Positions 29,400 through 44,300 of a stretch of DNA of 64,000 bases are shown in pieces. Every line of letters starts with the position of its first letter. Within the stretch, counting starts at the first letter, position 1. The notes beneath the pieces were generated by a model that did not search any database, was not told the DNA's origin, and worked only from the letters and a program-made list of their open reading frames with translations. This DNA is from Eledone cirrhosa. Lineage: Eukaryota. A program made the translations under genes and the position numbers. Location: the NCBI GenBank assembly GCA_964016885.1, contig OZ024744.1, positions 118,110,001 through 118,174,000 on the forward strand, read 5' to 3'.

Positions 29400-32300
29400 C
29401 ATAGATATTGAATGTAGAGGATGTGTGAAGGGTAGAGTGTATGATGTCTGTGTTACATGGTAGTGAGACATGGGTATTGAATGTAGAGGATGCGTGAAGG
29501 GTAGATTGTATGAAGTCTATGTATGTTACATGGTAGAGAGACATGGGTAGTTAATGTAGAGGATGTGTGAAGGGTAGATTGTATGATGTCTGTGTATGTT
29601 ACATGGTAGAGAGACATGGGTATTGAACGTAGAGGATGTGTGAAGCGTAGATTGTATGATGTCTGTGTTACATGGTAGTGAGACATGGGTATTGAATGTA
29701 GAGGATGTGTGAAGGGCAGATTGTATGATGTCTGTGTATGTTACATGGTAGGGAGACATGGGTAGTTAATGTAGAGGATGTGTGAAGGGTAGATTGTATG
29801 ATGTCTATGTTACATGGTAGTGAGACATGGGTAGTTAATGAAGAGGATGTGTGAAGGGTAGATTGTATGATGTCTGTGTCTGTTACATGGTAGTGAGACA
29901 TGGGTAATTAATGTAGAGGATGTGTGAAGGGTAGATTGTATGATGTCTGTGTTACATGGTAGTGAGACATGGGTAGTTAATGTAGAAGATGTGTGAAGGG
30001 TAGATTGTACGATGTCTGTGTTACATGGTAGTGAGACATGGGTAGTTAATGTAGAGGATGTGTGAAGGGTAGATTGTATGATGTATGTATTACATGGTAG
30101 TGAGACATGGGTAGTTAATGTAGAGGATGTGTGAAGGGTAGATTGTATGATATCTGTGTATATTACATGGTAGTGAGACATGGGTAGTTAATGTAGAGGA
30201 TGTGTGAAGGGTAGATTGTATGATGTCTGTGTATATTACATGGTTGTGAGACATGGGTAGTTAATACAGAGGATGTGTGAAGGGTAGATTGTATGATGTA
30301 TGTATTACATGGTAGTGAGACATGGGTAGTTAATGTAGAGGATGTGTGAAGGGTAGATTGTATGATGTCTATGTATGTTACATGGTAGTGAGACATGGGT
30401 ATTGAATGCAGAGGATGTGTGAAGGGTAGATCGTATGAGATCTGTGTATGTTACATGGTAGAGAGACATGGGTATTGAACGTAGAGGATGTGTGAAGGGT
30501 AGATTGTATGATGTCTGTGTTACATGGTAGTGAGACATGGGTATTGAATGTAGAGGATGTGTGAAGGGCAGATTGTATGATGTCTGTGTCTGTTACATGG
30601 TAGTGAGACATGGGTAATTAATGTAGAGGATGTGTGAAGGGTAGATTGTATGATGTCTGTGTTACATGGTAGTGAGACATGGGTAGTTAATGTAGAAGAT
30701 GTGTGAAGGGTACATTGTACGATGTCTGTGTTACATGGTAGTGAGACATGGGTAGTTAATGTAGAGGATGTTTGAAGGGTAGATTGTATGATGTCCGTGT
30801 ATGTTACATGGTAGTGAGACATGGGTAGTTAATGTAGAGGATGTGTGAAGGGTAGATTGTATGATGTCTGTGTTACATGGTAGTGAGACATGGGTAGTTA
30901 ATGTAGAGGATGTGTGAAGGGTAGATTGTATGATGTCTGTGTTACATGGTGGTGAAACATGGGTAGTTAATGTAGAGGATGTGTGAGGGGTAGATTGTAT
31001 GATGTCTATGTTACATGGTAGTGAGACATGGGTAGTTAATGTAGAGGATATGTGAAGGGTAGATCGTATGATGTCTGTGTATGTTACATGGTAGTTAGAC
31101 ATGGGTAGTTAATGTAGAAGATGTGTGAAGGGTAGATTATACGATGTCTGTGTTACATGGTAGTGAGACATGTGTATTGAATGTAGAGGATGTGTGAAGG
31201 GTAGATTGTATGATGTCTATGTATGTTACATGGTAGTGATACATGTGTAGTTAATGTAGAGGATGTGTGAAGGGTAGATTGTATGATGTCTGTGTTACAT
31301 GGTAGTGAGACATGTGTATTGAATGTAGAGGATGTGTGAAGGGTAGATTGTATGATGTCTATGTATGTTACATGGTAGTGATACATGTGTAGTTAATGTA
31401 GAGGATGTGTGAAGGGTAGATTATGTGATGTCTGTGTTACAAGGTAGTGAGACGTGTATTGAATGTAGAGGATGTGTGAAGGGTAGATTGTATGATGTCT
31501 ATGTATGTTACATGGTAGTGAGACATGGGTATTGAATGTAGAGGATATGTGAAGGGTAGATTGTATGATGTCTGTGTATGTTACATGGTAGAGAGACACG
31601 GGTAGTTAATGGAGAGGATGTGTGAAGGGTAGATTGTACGATGTCTGTGTTACATGGTAGTGAGACATGGTTAGTTAATGTAGAGGATGTGTGAAGGGTA
31701 GATTGTATGATGTCTGTGTTACAAGGTAGTGAGACATAGATATTGAATGTAGAGGATGTGTGAAGGGTAGAGTGTATGATGTCTGTGTTACATGGTAGTG
31801 AGACATGGGTATTGAATGTAGAGGATGTGTGAAGGGTAGATTGTATGAAGTCTATGTATGTTACATGGTAGAGAGACATGGGTAGTTAATGTAGAAGATG
31901 TGTGAAGGGTAGATTGTACGATGTCTGTGTTACATGGTAGTGAGACATGGGTAGTTAATGTAGAGGATGTGTGAAGGGTAGATTGTATGATGTATGTATT
32001 ACATGTTAGTGAGACATGGGTAGTTAATGTAGAGGATGTGTGAAGGGTAGATTGTATAATGTCAGTGTTACATGGTAGTGAGAATTGGGTAGTTAATCTA
32101 GAGAATGTGTGAAGGGTAGATTGTATGATGTCTGTGTTACATGGTAGTGAGACATGGATATTGAATGTAGAGGATGTGTGAAGGGTAGATTGTATGATGT
32201 CTGTGTATGTTACATGGTAGTGAGACATGGGTATTGAATGTAGAGGATGTGTGAAGGGTAGATTGTATGATGTATGTATTACATGGTAGTGAGACATGGG

Positions 32301-35300
32301 TAGTTAATGTAGAGGATGTGTGAGGGGTAGATTGTATGATGTCTATGTTACATGGTAGTGAGACATGGGTAGTTAATGTAGAGGTTTTGTGAATGGTATA
32401 TTGTATGATGTCTGTGTATGTAACATGGTAGAGAGGTATGGGTAGGTAATGTAGAGGATGTGTGAAGGGTAGATTTTATGATGTCTATGTATGTTACATG
32501 GTAGTGGGACATAGGTAGTTAATGTAGAGGACGTGTGAAGGGTTGATTGTATGATGTCTGTGTATGTTACATGGTAGTGAGACATGGGTAGTTAATGTAG
32601 AGGATATGTGAAGGGTAGATTGTATGATGTCTGTGTATGTTACATGGTAGTTAGACATGGGTAGTTAATGTAGAGGATGTGTGAAGGGTAGATTGTATGA
32701 TGTCCGTGTATGTTACATGGTAGTGAGACATGGGTAGTTAATGTAGAGGATGTGTGAAGGGTAGATTGTATGATGTCTGTGTTACATGGTAGTGAGACAT
32801 GGGTAGTTAATGTAGAGGATGTGTGAAGGGTAGATTGTATGATGTCTGTGTTACATGGTGGTGAGACATGGGTAGTTAATGTAGAGGATGTGTGAGGGGT
32901 AGATTGTATGATGTCTATGTTACATGGTAGTGAGACATGGGTAGTTAATGTAGAGGATTTGTGAATGGTATATTGTATGATGTCTGTGTAATTAACATGG
33001 TAGAGAGGCATGGGTAGGTAATGTAGAGGATGTGTGAAGGGTAGATTTTATGATGTCTATGTATGTTACATGGTAGTGGGACATGGGTAGTTAATGTAGA
33101 GGATGTGTGAAGGGTTGATTGTATGATGTATGTGTATGTTACATGGTAGTGAGACATAGGTAGTTAATGTAGAGGATGTGTGAAGGGTTGATTGTATGTC
33201 TGTGTATGTTACATGGTAGTGAGACATGGGTAGTTAATGTAGAGGATGTGTGAAGGGTAGATTGTATGATGTCTGTGTATGTTACATGGTAGAGAGACAT
33301 GGGTAGTTAATGTAGAGGATATGTGAAGGGTAGATCGTATGATGTCTGTGTATGTTACATGGTAGTTAGACATGGGTAGTTAATGTAGAAGATGTGTGAA
33401 GGGTAGATTATACGATGTCTGTGTTACATGGTAGTGAGACATGTGTATTGAATGTAGAGGATGTGTGAAGGGTAGATTGTATGATGTCTATGTATGTTAC
33501 ATGGTAGTGATACATGTGTAGTTAATGTAGAGGATGTGTGAAGGGTAGATTGTATGATGTCTGTGTTACATGGTAGTGAGACATGTGTATTGAATGTAGA
33601 GGATGTGTGAAGGGTAGATTGTATGATGTCTATGTATGTTACATGGTAGTGATACATGTGTAGTTAATGTAGAGGATGTGTGAAGGGTAGATTATGTGAT
33701 GCCTGTGTTACAAGGTAGTGAGACATGTGTATTGAATGTAGAGGATGTGTGAAGGGTAGATTGTATGATGTCTATGTATGTTACATGGTAGTGAGACATG
33801 GGTATTGAATGTAGAGGATATGTGAAGGGTAGATTGTATGATGTCTGTGTATGTTACATGGTAGAGAGACACGGGTAGTTAATGGAGAGGATGTGTGAAG
33901 GGTAGATTGTACGATGTCTGTGTTACATGGTAGTGAGACATGGGTAGTTAATGTAGAGGATGTGTGAAGGGTAGATTGTATGATGTCTGTGTTACAAGGT
34001 AGTGAGACATAGATATTGAATGTAGAGGATGTGTGAAGGGTAGAGTGTATGATGTCTGTGTTACATGGTAGTGAGACATGGGTATTGAATGTAGAGGATG
34101 TGTGAAGGGTAGATTGTATGAAGTCTATGTATGTTACATGGTAGAGAGACATGGGTAGTTAATGTAGAAGATGTGTGAAGGGTAGATTGTACGATGTCTG
34201 TGTTACATGGTAGTGAGACATGGGTAGTTAATGTAGAGGATGTGTGAAGGGTAGATTGTATGATGTATGTATTACATGTTAGTGAGACATGGGTAGTTAA
34301 TGTAGAGGATGTGTGAAGGGTAGATTGTATGATGTCAGTGTTACATGGTAGTGAGACATGGGTAGTTAATCTAGAGAATGTGTGAAGGGTAGATTGTATG
34401 ATGTCTGTGTTACATGGTAGTGAGACATGGATATTGAATGTAGAGGATGTGTGAAGGGTAGATTGTATGATGTCTGTGTATGTTACATGGTAGTGAGACA
34501 TGGGTATTGAATGTAGAGGATGTGTGAAGGGTAGATTGTATGATGTATGTATTACATGGTAGTGAGACATGGGTAGTTAATGTAGAGGATGTGTGAGGGG
34601 TAGATTGTATGATGTCTATGTTACATGGTAGTGAGACATGGGTAGTTAATGTAGAGGATTTGTGAATGGTATATTGTATGATGTCTGTGTATGTAACATG
34701 GTAGAGAGGTATGGGTAGGTAATGTAGAGGATGTGTGAAGGGTAGATTTTATGATGTCTATGTATGTTACATGGTAGTGGGACATAGGTAGTTAATGTAG
34801 AGGACGTGTGAAGGGTTGATTGTATGATGTCTGTGTATGTTACATGGTAGTCAGACATGGGTAGTTAATGTAGAGGATATGTGAAGGGTAGATTGTATGA
34901 TGTCTGTGTATGTTACATGGTAGTTAGACATGGGTAGTTAATGTAGAGGATGTGTGAAGGGTAGATTGTATGATGTCTGTGTTACATGGTAGTGAGACAT
35001 GGGTAGTTAATGTAGAGGATGTGTGAAGGGTAGATTGTATGATGTCTGTGTTACATGGTGGTGAGACATGGGTAGTTAATGTAGAGGATTTGTGAATGGT
35101 ATATTGTATGATGTCTGTGTATGTAACATGGTAGAGAGGCATGGGTAGGTAATGTAGAGGATGTGTGAAGGGTATATTTTATGATGTCTATGTATGTTAC
35201 AAGGTAGTGGGACATGGGTAGTTAATGTAGAGGATGTGTGAAGGGTTGATTGTATGATGTATGTGTATGTTACATGGTAGTGAGACATAGGTAGTTAATG

Positions 35301-38300
35301 TAGAGGATGTGTGAAGGGTTGATTGTATGTCTGTGTATGTTACATGGTAGTGAGACATGGGTAGTTAATGTAGAGGATATGTGAAGGGTAGATCGTATGA
35401 TGTCTGTGTATGTTACATGGTAGTTAGACATGGGTAGTTAATGTAGAAGATGTGTGAAGGGTAGATTATACGATGTCTGTGTTACATGGTAGTGAGACAT
35501 GTGTATTGAATGTAGAGGATGTGTGAAGGGTAGATTGTATGATGTCTATGTATGTTACATGGTAGTGATACATGTGTAGTTAATGTAGAGGATGTGTGAA
35601 GGGTAGATTGTATGATGTCTGTGTTACATGGTAGTGAGACATGTGTATTGAATGTAGAGGATGTGTGAAGGGTAGATTGTATGATGTCTATGTATGTTAC
35701 ATGGTAGTGATACATGTGTAGTTAATGTAGAGGATGTGTGAAGGGTAGATTATGTGATGTCTGTGTTACAAGGTAGTGAGACATGTGTATTGAATGTAGA
35801 GTATGTGTGAAGGGTAGATTGTATGATGTCTATGTATGTTACATGGTAGTGAGACATGGGTATTGAATGTAGAGGATATGTGAAGGGTAGATTGTATGAT
35901 GTCTGTGTATGTTACATGGTAGAGAGACACGGGTAGTTAATGGAGAGGATGTGTGAAGGGTAGATTGTACGATGTCTGTGTTACATGGTAGTGAGACATG
36001 GGTAGTTAATGTAGAGGATGTGTGAAGGGTAGATTGTATGATGTCTGTGTTACAAGGTAGTGAGACATAGATAATGAATGTAGAGGATGTGTGAAGGGTA
36101 GAGTGTATGATGTCTGTGTTACATGGTAGTGAGACATGGGTATTGAATGTAGAGGATGTGTGAAGGGTAGATTGTATGATGTATGTATTACATGGTAGTG
36201 AGACATGGGTAGTTAATGTAGAGGATGTGTGAGGGGTAGATTGTATGATGTCTATGTTACATGGTAGTGAGACATGGGTAGTTAATGTAGAGGATTTGTG
36301 AATGGTATATTGTATGATGTCTGTGTATGTAACATGGTAGAGAGGTATGGGTAGGTAATGTAGAGGATGTGTGAAGGGTAGATTTTATGATGTCTATGTA
36401 TGTTACATGGTAGTGGGACATAGGTAGTTAATGTAGAGGACGTGTGAAGGGTTGATTGTATGATGTCTGTGTATGTTACATGGTAGTGAGACATGGGTAG
36501 TTAATGTAGAGGATATGTGAAGGGTAGATTGTATGATGTCTGTGTATGTTACATGGTAGTTAGACATGGGTAGTTAATGTAGAGGATGTGTGAAGGGTAG
36601 ATTGTATGATGTATGTGTTACATGGTAGTGAGACATGGGTAGTTAATGTAGAGGATGTGTGAAGGGTAGATTGTATGATGTATGTGTTACATGGTAGTGA
36701 GACATGGGTATTGAATGTAGAGGATGTGTGAAGGGTAGATTGTATGAAGTCTATGTATGTTACATGGTAGAGAGACATGGGTAGTTAATGTAGAAGATGT
36801 GTGAAGGGTAGATTGTACGATGTCTGTGTTACATGGTAGTGAGACATGGGTAGTTAATGTAGAGGATGTGTGAAGGGTAGATTGTATGATGTATGTATTA
36901 CATGTTAGTGAGACATGGGTAGTTAATGTAGAGGATGTGTGAAGGGTAGATTGTATGATGTCTGTGTTACAAGGTAGTGAGACATAGATATTGAATGTAG
37001 AGGATGTGTGAAGGGTAGAGTGTATGATGTCTGTGTTACATGGTAGTGAGACATGGGTATTGAATGTAGAGGATGCGTGAAGGGTAGATTGTATGAAGTC
37101 TATGTATGTTACATGGTAGAGAGACATGGGTAGTTAATGTAGAGGATGTGTGAAGGGTAGATTGTATGATGTCTGTGTATGTTACATGGTAGAGAGACAT
37201 GGGTATTGAACGTAGAGGATGTGTGAAGCGTAGATTGTATGATGTCTGTGTTACATGGTAGTGAGACATGGGTATTGAATGTAGAGGATGTGTGAAGGGC
37301 AGATTGTATGATGTCTGTGTATGTTACATGGTAGGGAGACATGGGTAGTTAATGTAGAGGATGTGTGAAGGGTAGATTGTATGATGTCTATGTTACATGG
37401 TAGTGAGACATGGGTAGTTAATGAAGAGGATGTGTGAAGGGTAGATTGTATGATGTCTGTGTCTGTTACATGGTAGTGAGACATGGGTAATTAATGTAGA
37501 GGATGTGTGAAGGGTAGATTGTATGATGTCTGTGTTACATGGTAGTGAGACATGGGTAGTTAATGTAGAAGATGTGTGAAGGGTAGATTGTACGATGTCT
37601 GTGTTACATGGTAGTGAGACATGGGTAGTTAATGTAGAGGATGTGTGAAGGGTAGATTGTATGATGTATGTATTACATGGTAGTGAGACATGGGTAGTTA
37701 ATGTAGAGGATGTGTGAAGGGTAGATTGTATGATATCTGTGTATATTACATGGTAGTGAGACATGGGTAGTTAATGTAGAGGATGTGTGAAGGGTAGATT
37801 GTATGATGTCTGTGTATATTACATGGTTGTGAGACATGGGTAGTTAATACAGAGGATGTGTGAAGGGTAGATTGTATGATGTATGTATTACATGGTAGTG
37901 AGACATGGGTAGTTAATGTAGAGGATGTGTGAAGGGTAGATTGTATGATGTCTATGTATGTTACATGGTAGTGAGACATGGGTATTGAATGCAGAGGATG
38001 TGTGAAGGGTAGATCGTATGAGATCTGTGTATGTTTCATGGTAGAGAGACATGGGTATTGAACGTAGAGGATGTGTGAAGGGTAGATTGTATGATGTCTG
38101 TGTTACATGGTAGTGAGACATGGGTATTGAATGTAGAGGATGTGTGAAGGGCAGATTGTATGATGTCTGTGTCTGTTACATGGTAGTGAGACATGGGTAA
38201 TTAATGTAGAGGATGTGTGAAGGGTAGATTGTATGATGTCTGTGTTACATGGTAGTGAGACATGGGTAGTTAATGTAGAAGATGTGTGAAGGGTACATTG

Positions 38301-41300
38301 TACGATGTCTGTGTTACATGGTAGTGAGACATGGGTAGTTAATGTAGAGGATGTTTGAAGGGTAGATTGTATGATGTCCGTGTATGTTACATGGTAGTGA
38401 GACATGGGTAGTTAATGTAGAGGATGTGTGAAGGGTAGATTGTATGATGTCTGTGTTACATGGTAGTGAGACATGGGTAGTTAATGTAGAGGATGTGTGA
38501 AGGGTAGATTGTATGATGTCTGTGTTACATGGTGGTGAAACATGGGTAGTTAATGTAGAGGATGTGTGAGGGGTAGATTGTATGATGTCTATGTTACATG
38601 GTAGTGAGACATGGGTAGTTAATGTAGAGGATATGTGAAGGGTAGATCGTATGATGACTGTGTATGTTACATGGTAGTTAGACATGGGTAGTTAATGTAG
38701 AAGATGTGTGAAGGGTAGATTATACGATGTCTGTGTTACATGGTAGTGAGACATGTGTATTGAATGTAGAGGATGTGTGAAGGGTAGATTGTATGATGTC
38801 TATGTATGTTACATGGTAGTGATACATGTGTAGTTAATGTAGAGGATGTGTGAAGGGTAGATTGTATGATGTCTGTGTTACATGGTAGTGAGACATGTGT
38901 ATTGAATGTAGAGGATGTGTGAAGGGTAGATTGTATGATGTCTATGTATGTTACATGGTAGTGATACATGTGTAGTTAATGTAGAGGATGTGTGAAGGGT
39001 AGATTATGTGATGTCTGTGTTACAAGGTAGTGAGACGTGTATTGAATGTAGAGGATGTGTGAAGGGTAGATTGTATGATGTCTATGTATGTTACATGGTA
39101 GTGAGACATGGGTATTGAATGTAGAGGATATGTGAAGGGTAGATTGTATGATGTCTGTGTATGTTACATGGTAGAGAGACACGGGTAGTTAATGGAGAGG
39201 ATGTGTGAAGGGTAGATTGTACGATGTCTGTGTTACATGGTAGTGAGACATGGTTAGTTAATGTAGAGGATGTGTGAAGGGTAGATTGTATGATGTCTGT
39301 GTTACAAGGTAGTGAGACATAGATATTGAATGTAGAGGATGTGTGAAGGGTAGAGTGTATGATGTCTGTGTTACATGGTAGTGAGACATGGGTATTGAAT
39401 GTAGAGGATGTGTGAAGGGTAGATTGTATGAAGTCTATGTATGTTACATGGTAGAGAGACATGGGTAGTTAATGTAGAAGATGTGTGAAGGGTAGATTGT
39501 ACGATGTCTGTGTTACATGGTAGTGAGACATGGGTAGTTAATGTAGAGGATGTGTGAAGGGTAGATTGTATGATGTATGTATTACATGTTAGTGAGACAT
39601 GGGTAGTTAATGTAGAGGATGTGTGAAGGGTAGATTGTATAATGTCAGTGTTACATGGTAGTGAGAATTGGGTAGTTAATCTAGAGAATGTGTGAAGGGT
39701 AGATTGTATGATGTCTGTGTTACATGGTAGTGAGACATGGATATTGAATGTAGAGGATGTGTGAAGGGTAGATTGTATGATGTCTGTGTATGTTACATGG
39801 TAGTGAGACATGGGTATTGAATGTAGAGGATGTGTGAAGGGTAGATTGTATGATGTATGTATTACATGGTAGTGAGACATGGGTAGTTAATGTAGAGGAT
39901 GTGTGAGGGGTAGATTGTATGATGTCTATGTTACATGGTAGTGAGACATGGGTAGTTAATGTAGAGGTTTTGTGAATGGTATATTGTATGATGTCTGTGT
40001 ATGTAACATGGTAGAGAGGTATGGGTAGGTAATGTAGAGGATGTGTGAAGGGTAGATTTTATGATGTCTATGTATGTTACATGGTAGTGGGACATAGGTA
40101 GTTAATGTAGAGGACGTGTGAAGGGTTGATTGTATGATGTCTGTGTATGTTACATGGTAGTGAGACATGGGTAGTTAATGTAGAGGATATGTGAAGGGTA
40201 GATTGTATGATGTCTGTGTATGTTACATGGTAGTTAGACATGGGTAGTTAATGTAGAGGATGTGTGAAGGGTAGATTGTATGATGTCCGTGTATGTTACA
40301 TGGTAGTGAGACATGGGTAGTTAATGTAGAGGATGTGTGAAGGGTAGATTGTATGATGTCTGTGTTACATGGTAGTGAGACATGGGTAGTTAATGTAGAG
40401 GATGTGTGAAGGGTAGATTGTATGATGTCTGTGTTACATGGTGGTGAGACATGGGTAGTTAATGTAGAGGATGTGTGAGGGGTAGATTGTATGATGTCTA
40501 TGTTACATGGTAGTGAGACATGGGTAGTTAATGTAGAGGATTTGTGAATGGTATATTGTATGATGTCTGTGTAATTAACATGGTAGAGAGGCATGGGTAG
40601 GTAATGTAGAGGATGTGTGAAGGGTAGATTTTATGATGTCTATGTATGTTACATGGTAGTGGGACATGGGTAGTTAATGTAGAGGATGTGTGAAGGGTTG
40701 ATTGTATGATGTATGTGTATGTTACATGGTAGTGAGACATAGGTAGTTAATGTAGAGGATGTGTGAAGGGTTGATTGTATGTCTGTGTATGTTACATGGT
40801 AGTGAGACATGGGTAGTTAATGTAGAGGATGTGTGAAGGGTAGATTGTATGATGTCTGTGTATGTTACATGGTAGAGAGACATGGGTAGTTAATGTAGAG
40901 GATATGTGAAGGGTAGATCGTATGATGTCTGTGTATGTTACATGGTAGTTAGACATGGTTAGTTAATGTAGAAGATGTGTGAAGGGTAGATTATACGATG
41001 TCTGTGTTACATGGTAGTGAGACATGTGTATTGAATGTAGAGGATGTGTGAAGGGTAGATTGTATGATGTCTATGTATGTTACATGGTAGTGATACATGT
41101 GTAGTTAATGTAGAGGATGTGTGAAGGGTAGATTGTATGATGTCTGTGTTACATGGTAGTGAGACATGTGTATTGAATGTAGAGGATGTGTGAAGGGTAG
41201 ATTGTATGATGTCTATGTATGTTACATGGTAGTGATACATGTGTAGTTAATGTAGAGGATGTGTGAAGGGTAGATTATGTGATGCCTGTGTTACAAGGTA

Positions 41301-44300
41301 GTGAGACATGTGTATTGAATGTAGAGGATGTGTGAAGGGTAGATTGTATGATGTCTATGTATGTTACATGGTAGTGAGACATGGGTATTGAATGTAGAGG
41401 ATATGTGAAGGGTAGATTGTATGATGTCTGTGTATGTTACATGGTAGAGAGACACGGGTAGTTAATGGAGAGGATGTGTGAAGGGTAGATTGTACGATGT
41501 CTGTGTTACATGGTAGTGAGACATGGGTAGTTAATGTAGAGGATGTGTGAAGGGTAGATTGTATGATGTCTGTGTTACAAGGTAGTGAGACATAGATATT
41601 GAATGTAGAGGATGTGTGAAGGGTAGAGTGTATGATGTCTGTGTTACATGGTAGTGAGACATGGGTATTGAATGTAGAGGATGTGTGAAGGGTAGATTGT
41701 ATGAAGTCTATGTATGTTACATGGTAGAGAGACATGGGTAGTTAATGTAGAAGATGTGTGAAGGGTAGATTGTACGATGTCTGTGTTACATGGTAGTGAG
41801 ACATGGGTAGTTAATGTAGAGGATGTGTGAAGGGTAGATTGTATGATGTATGTATTACATGTTAGTGAGACATGGGTAGTTAATGTAGAGGATGTGTGAA
41901 GGGTAGATTGTATGATGTCAGTGTTACATGGTAGTGAGACATGGGTAGTTAATCTAGAGAATGTGTGAAGGGTAGATTGTATGATGTCTGTGTTACATGG
42001 TAGTGAGACATGGATATTGAATGTAGAGGATGTGTGAAGGGTAGATTGTATGATGTCTGTGTATGTTACATGGTAGTGAGACATGGGTATTGAATGTAGA
42101 GGATGTGTGAAGGGTAGATTGTATGATGTATGTATTACATGGTAGTGAGACATGGGTAGTTAATGTAGAGGATGTGTGAGGGGTAGATTGTATGATGTCT
42201 ATGTTACATGGTAGTGAGACATGGGTAGTTAATGTAGAGGATTTGTGAATGGTATATTGTATGATGTCTGTGTATGTAACATGGTAGAGAGGTATGGGTA
42301 GGTAATGTAGAGGATGTGTGAAGGGTAGATTTTATGATGTCTATGTATGTTACATGGTAGTGGGACATAGGTAGTTAATGTAGAGGACGTGTGAAGGGTT
42401 GATTGTATGATGTCTGTGTATGTTACATGGTAGTCAGACATGGGTAGTTAATGTAGAGGATATGTGAAGGGTAGATTGTATGATGTCTGTGTATGTTACA
42501 TGGTAGTTAGACATGGGTAGTTAATGTAGAGGATGTGTGAAGGGTAGATTGTATGATGTCTGTGTTACATGGTAGTGAGACATGGGTAGTTAATGTAGAG
42601 GATGTGTGAAGGGTAGATTGTATGATGTCTGTGTTACATGGTGGTGAGACATGGGTAGTTAATGTAGAGGATGTGTGAGGGGGAGATTGTATGATGTCTA
42701 TGTTACATGGTAGTGAGACATGGGTAGTTAATGTAGAGGAATTGTGAATGGTATATTGTATGATGTCTGTGTATGTAACATGGTAGAGAGGCATGGGTAG
42801 GTAATGTAGAGGATGTGTGAAGGGTATATTTTATGATGTCTATGTATGTTACAAGGTAGTGGGACATGGGTAGTTAATGTAGAGGATGTGTGAAGGGTTG
42901 ATTGTATGATGTATGTGTATGTTACATGGTAGTGAGACATAGGTAGTTAATGTAGAGGATGTGTGAAGGGTTGATTGTATGTCTGTGTATGTTACATGGT
43001 AGTGAGACATGGGTAGTTAATGTAGAGGATATGTGAAGGGTAGATCGTATGATGTCTGTGTATGTTACATGGTAGTTAGACATGGGTAGTTAATGTAGAA
43101 GATGTGTGAAGGGTAGATTATACGATGTCTGTGTTACATGGTAGTGAGACATGTGTATTGAATGTAGAGGATGTGTGAAGGGTAGATTGTATGATGTCTA
43201 TGTATGTTACATGGTAGTGATACATGTGTAGTTAATGTAGAGGATGTGTGAAGGGTAGATTGTATGATGTCTGTGTTACATGGTAGTGAGACATGTGTAT
43301 TGAATGTAGAGGATGTGTGAAGGGTAGATTGTATGATGTCTATGTATGTTACATGGTAGTGATACATGTGTAGTTAATGTAGAGGATGTGTGAAGGGTAG
43401 ATTATGTGATGTCTGTGTTACAAGGTAGTGAGACATGTGTATTGAATGTAGAGTATGTGTGAAGGGTAGATTGTATGATGTCTATGTATGTTACATGGTA
43501 GTGAGACATGGGTATTGAATGTAGAGGATATGTGAAGGGTAGATTGTATGATGTCTGTGTATGTTACATGGTAGAGAGACACGGGTAGTTAATGGAGAGG
43601 ATGTGTGAAGGGTAGATTGTACGATGTCTGTGTTACATGGTAGTGAGACATGGGTAGTTAATGTAGAGGATGTGTGAAGGGTAGATTGTATGATGTCTGT
43701 GTTACATGGTAGTGAGACATGGATATTGAATGTAGAGGATGTGTGAAGGGTAGATTGTATGATGTCTGTGTATGTTACATGGTAGTGAGACATGGGTATT
43801 GAATGTAGAGGATGTGTGAAGGGTAGATTGTATGATGTATGTATTACATGGTAGTGAGACATGGGTAGTTAATGTAGAGGATGTGTGAGGGGTAGATTGT
43901 ATGATGTCTATGTTACATGGTAGTGAGACATGGGTAGTTAATGTAGAGGTTTTGTGAATGGTATATTGTATGATGTCTGTGTATGTAACATGGTAGAGAG
44001 GTATGGGTAGGTAATGTAGAGGATGTGTGAAGGGTAGATTTTATGATGTCTATGTATGTTACATGGTAGTGGGACATAGGTAGTTAATGTAGAGGACGTG
44101 TGAAGGGTTGATTGTATGATGTCTGTGTATGTTACATGGTAGTGAGACATGGGTAGTTAATGTAGAGGATATGTGAAGGGTAGATTGTATGATGTCTGTG
44201 TATGTTACATGGTAGTTAGACATGGGTAGTTAATGTAGAGGATGTGTGAAGGGTAGATTGTATGATGTCCGTGTATGTTACATGGTAGTGAGACATGGGT

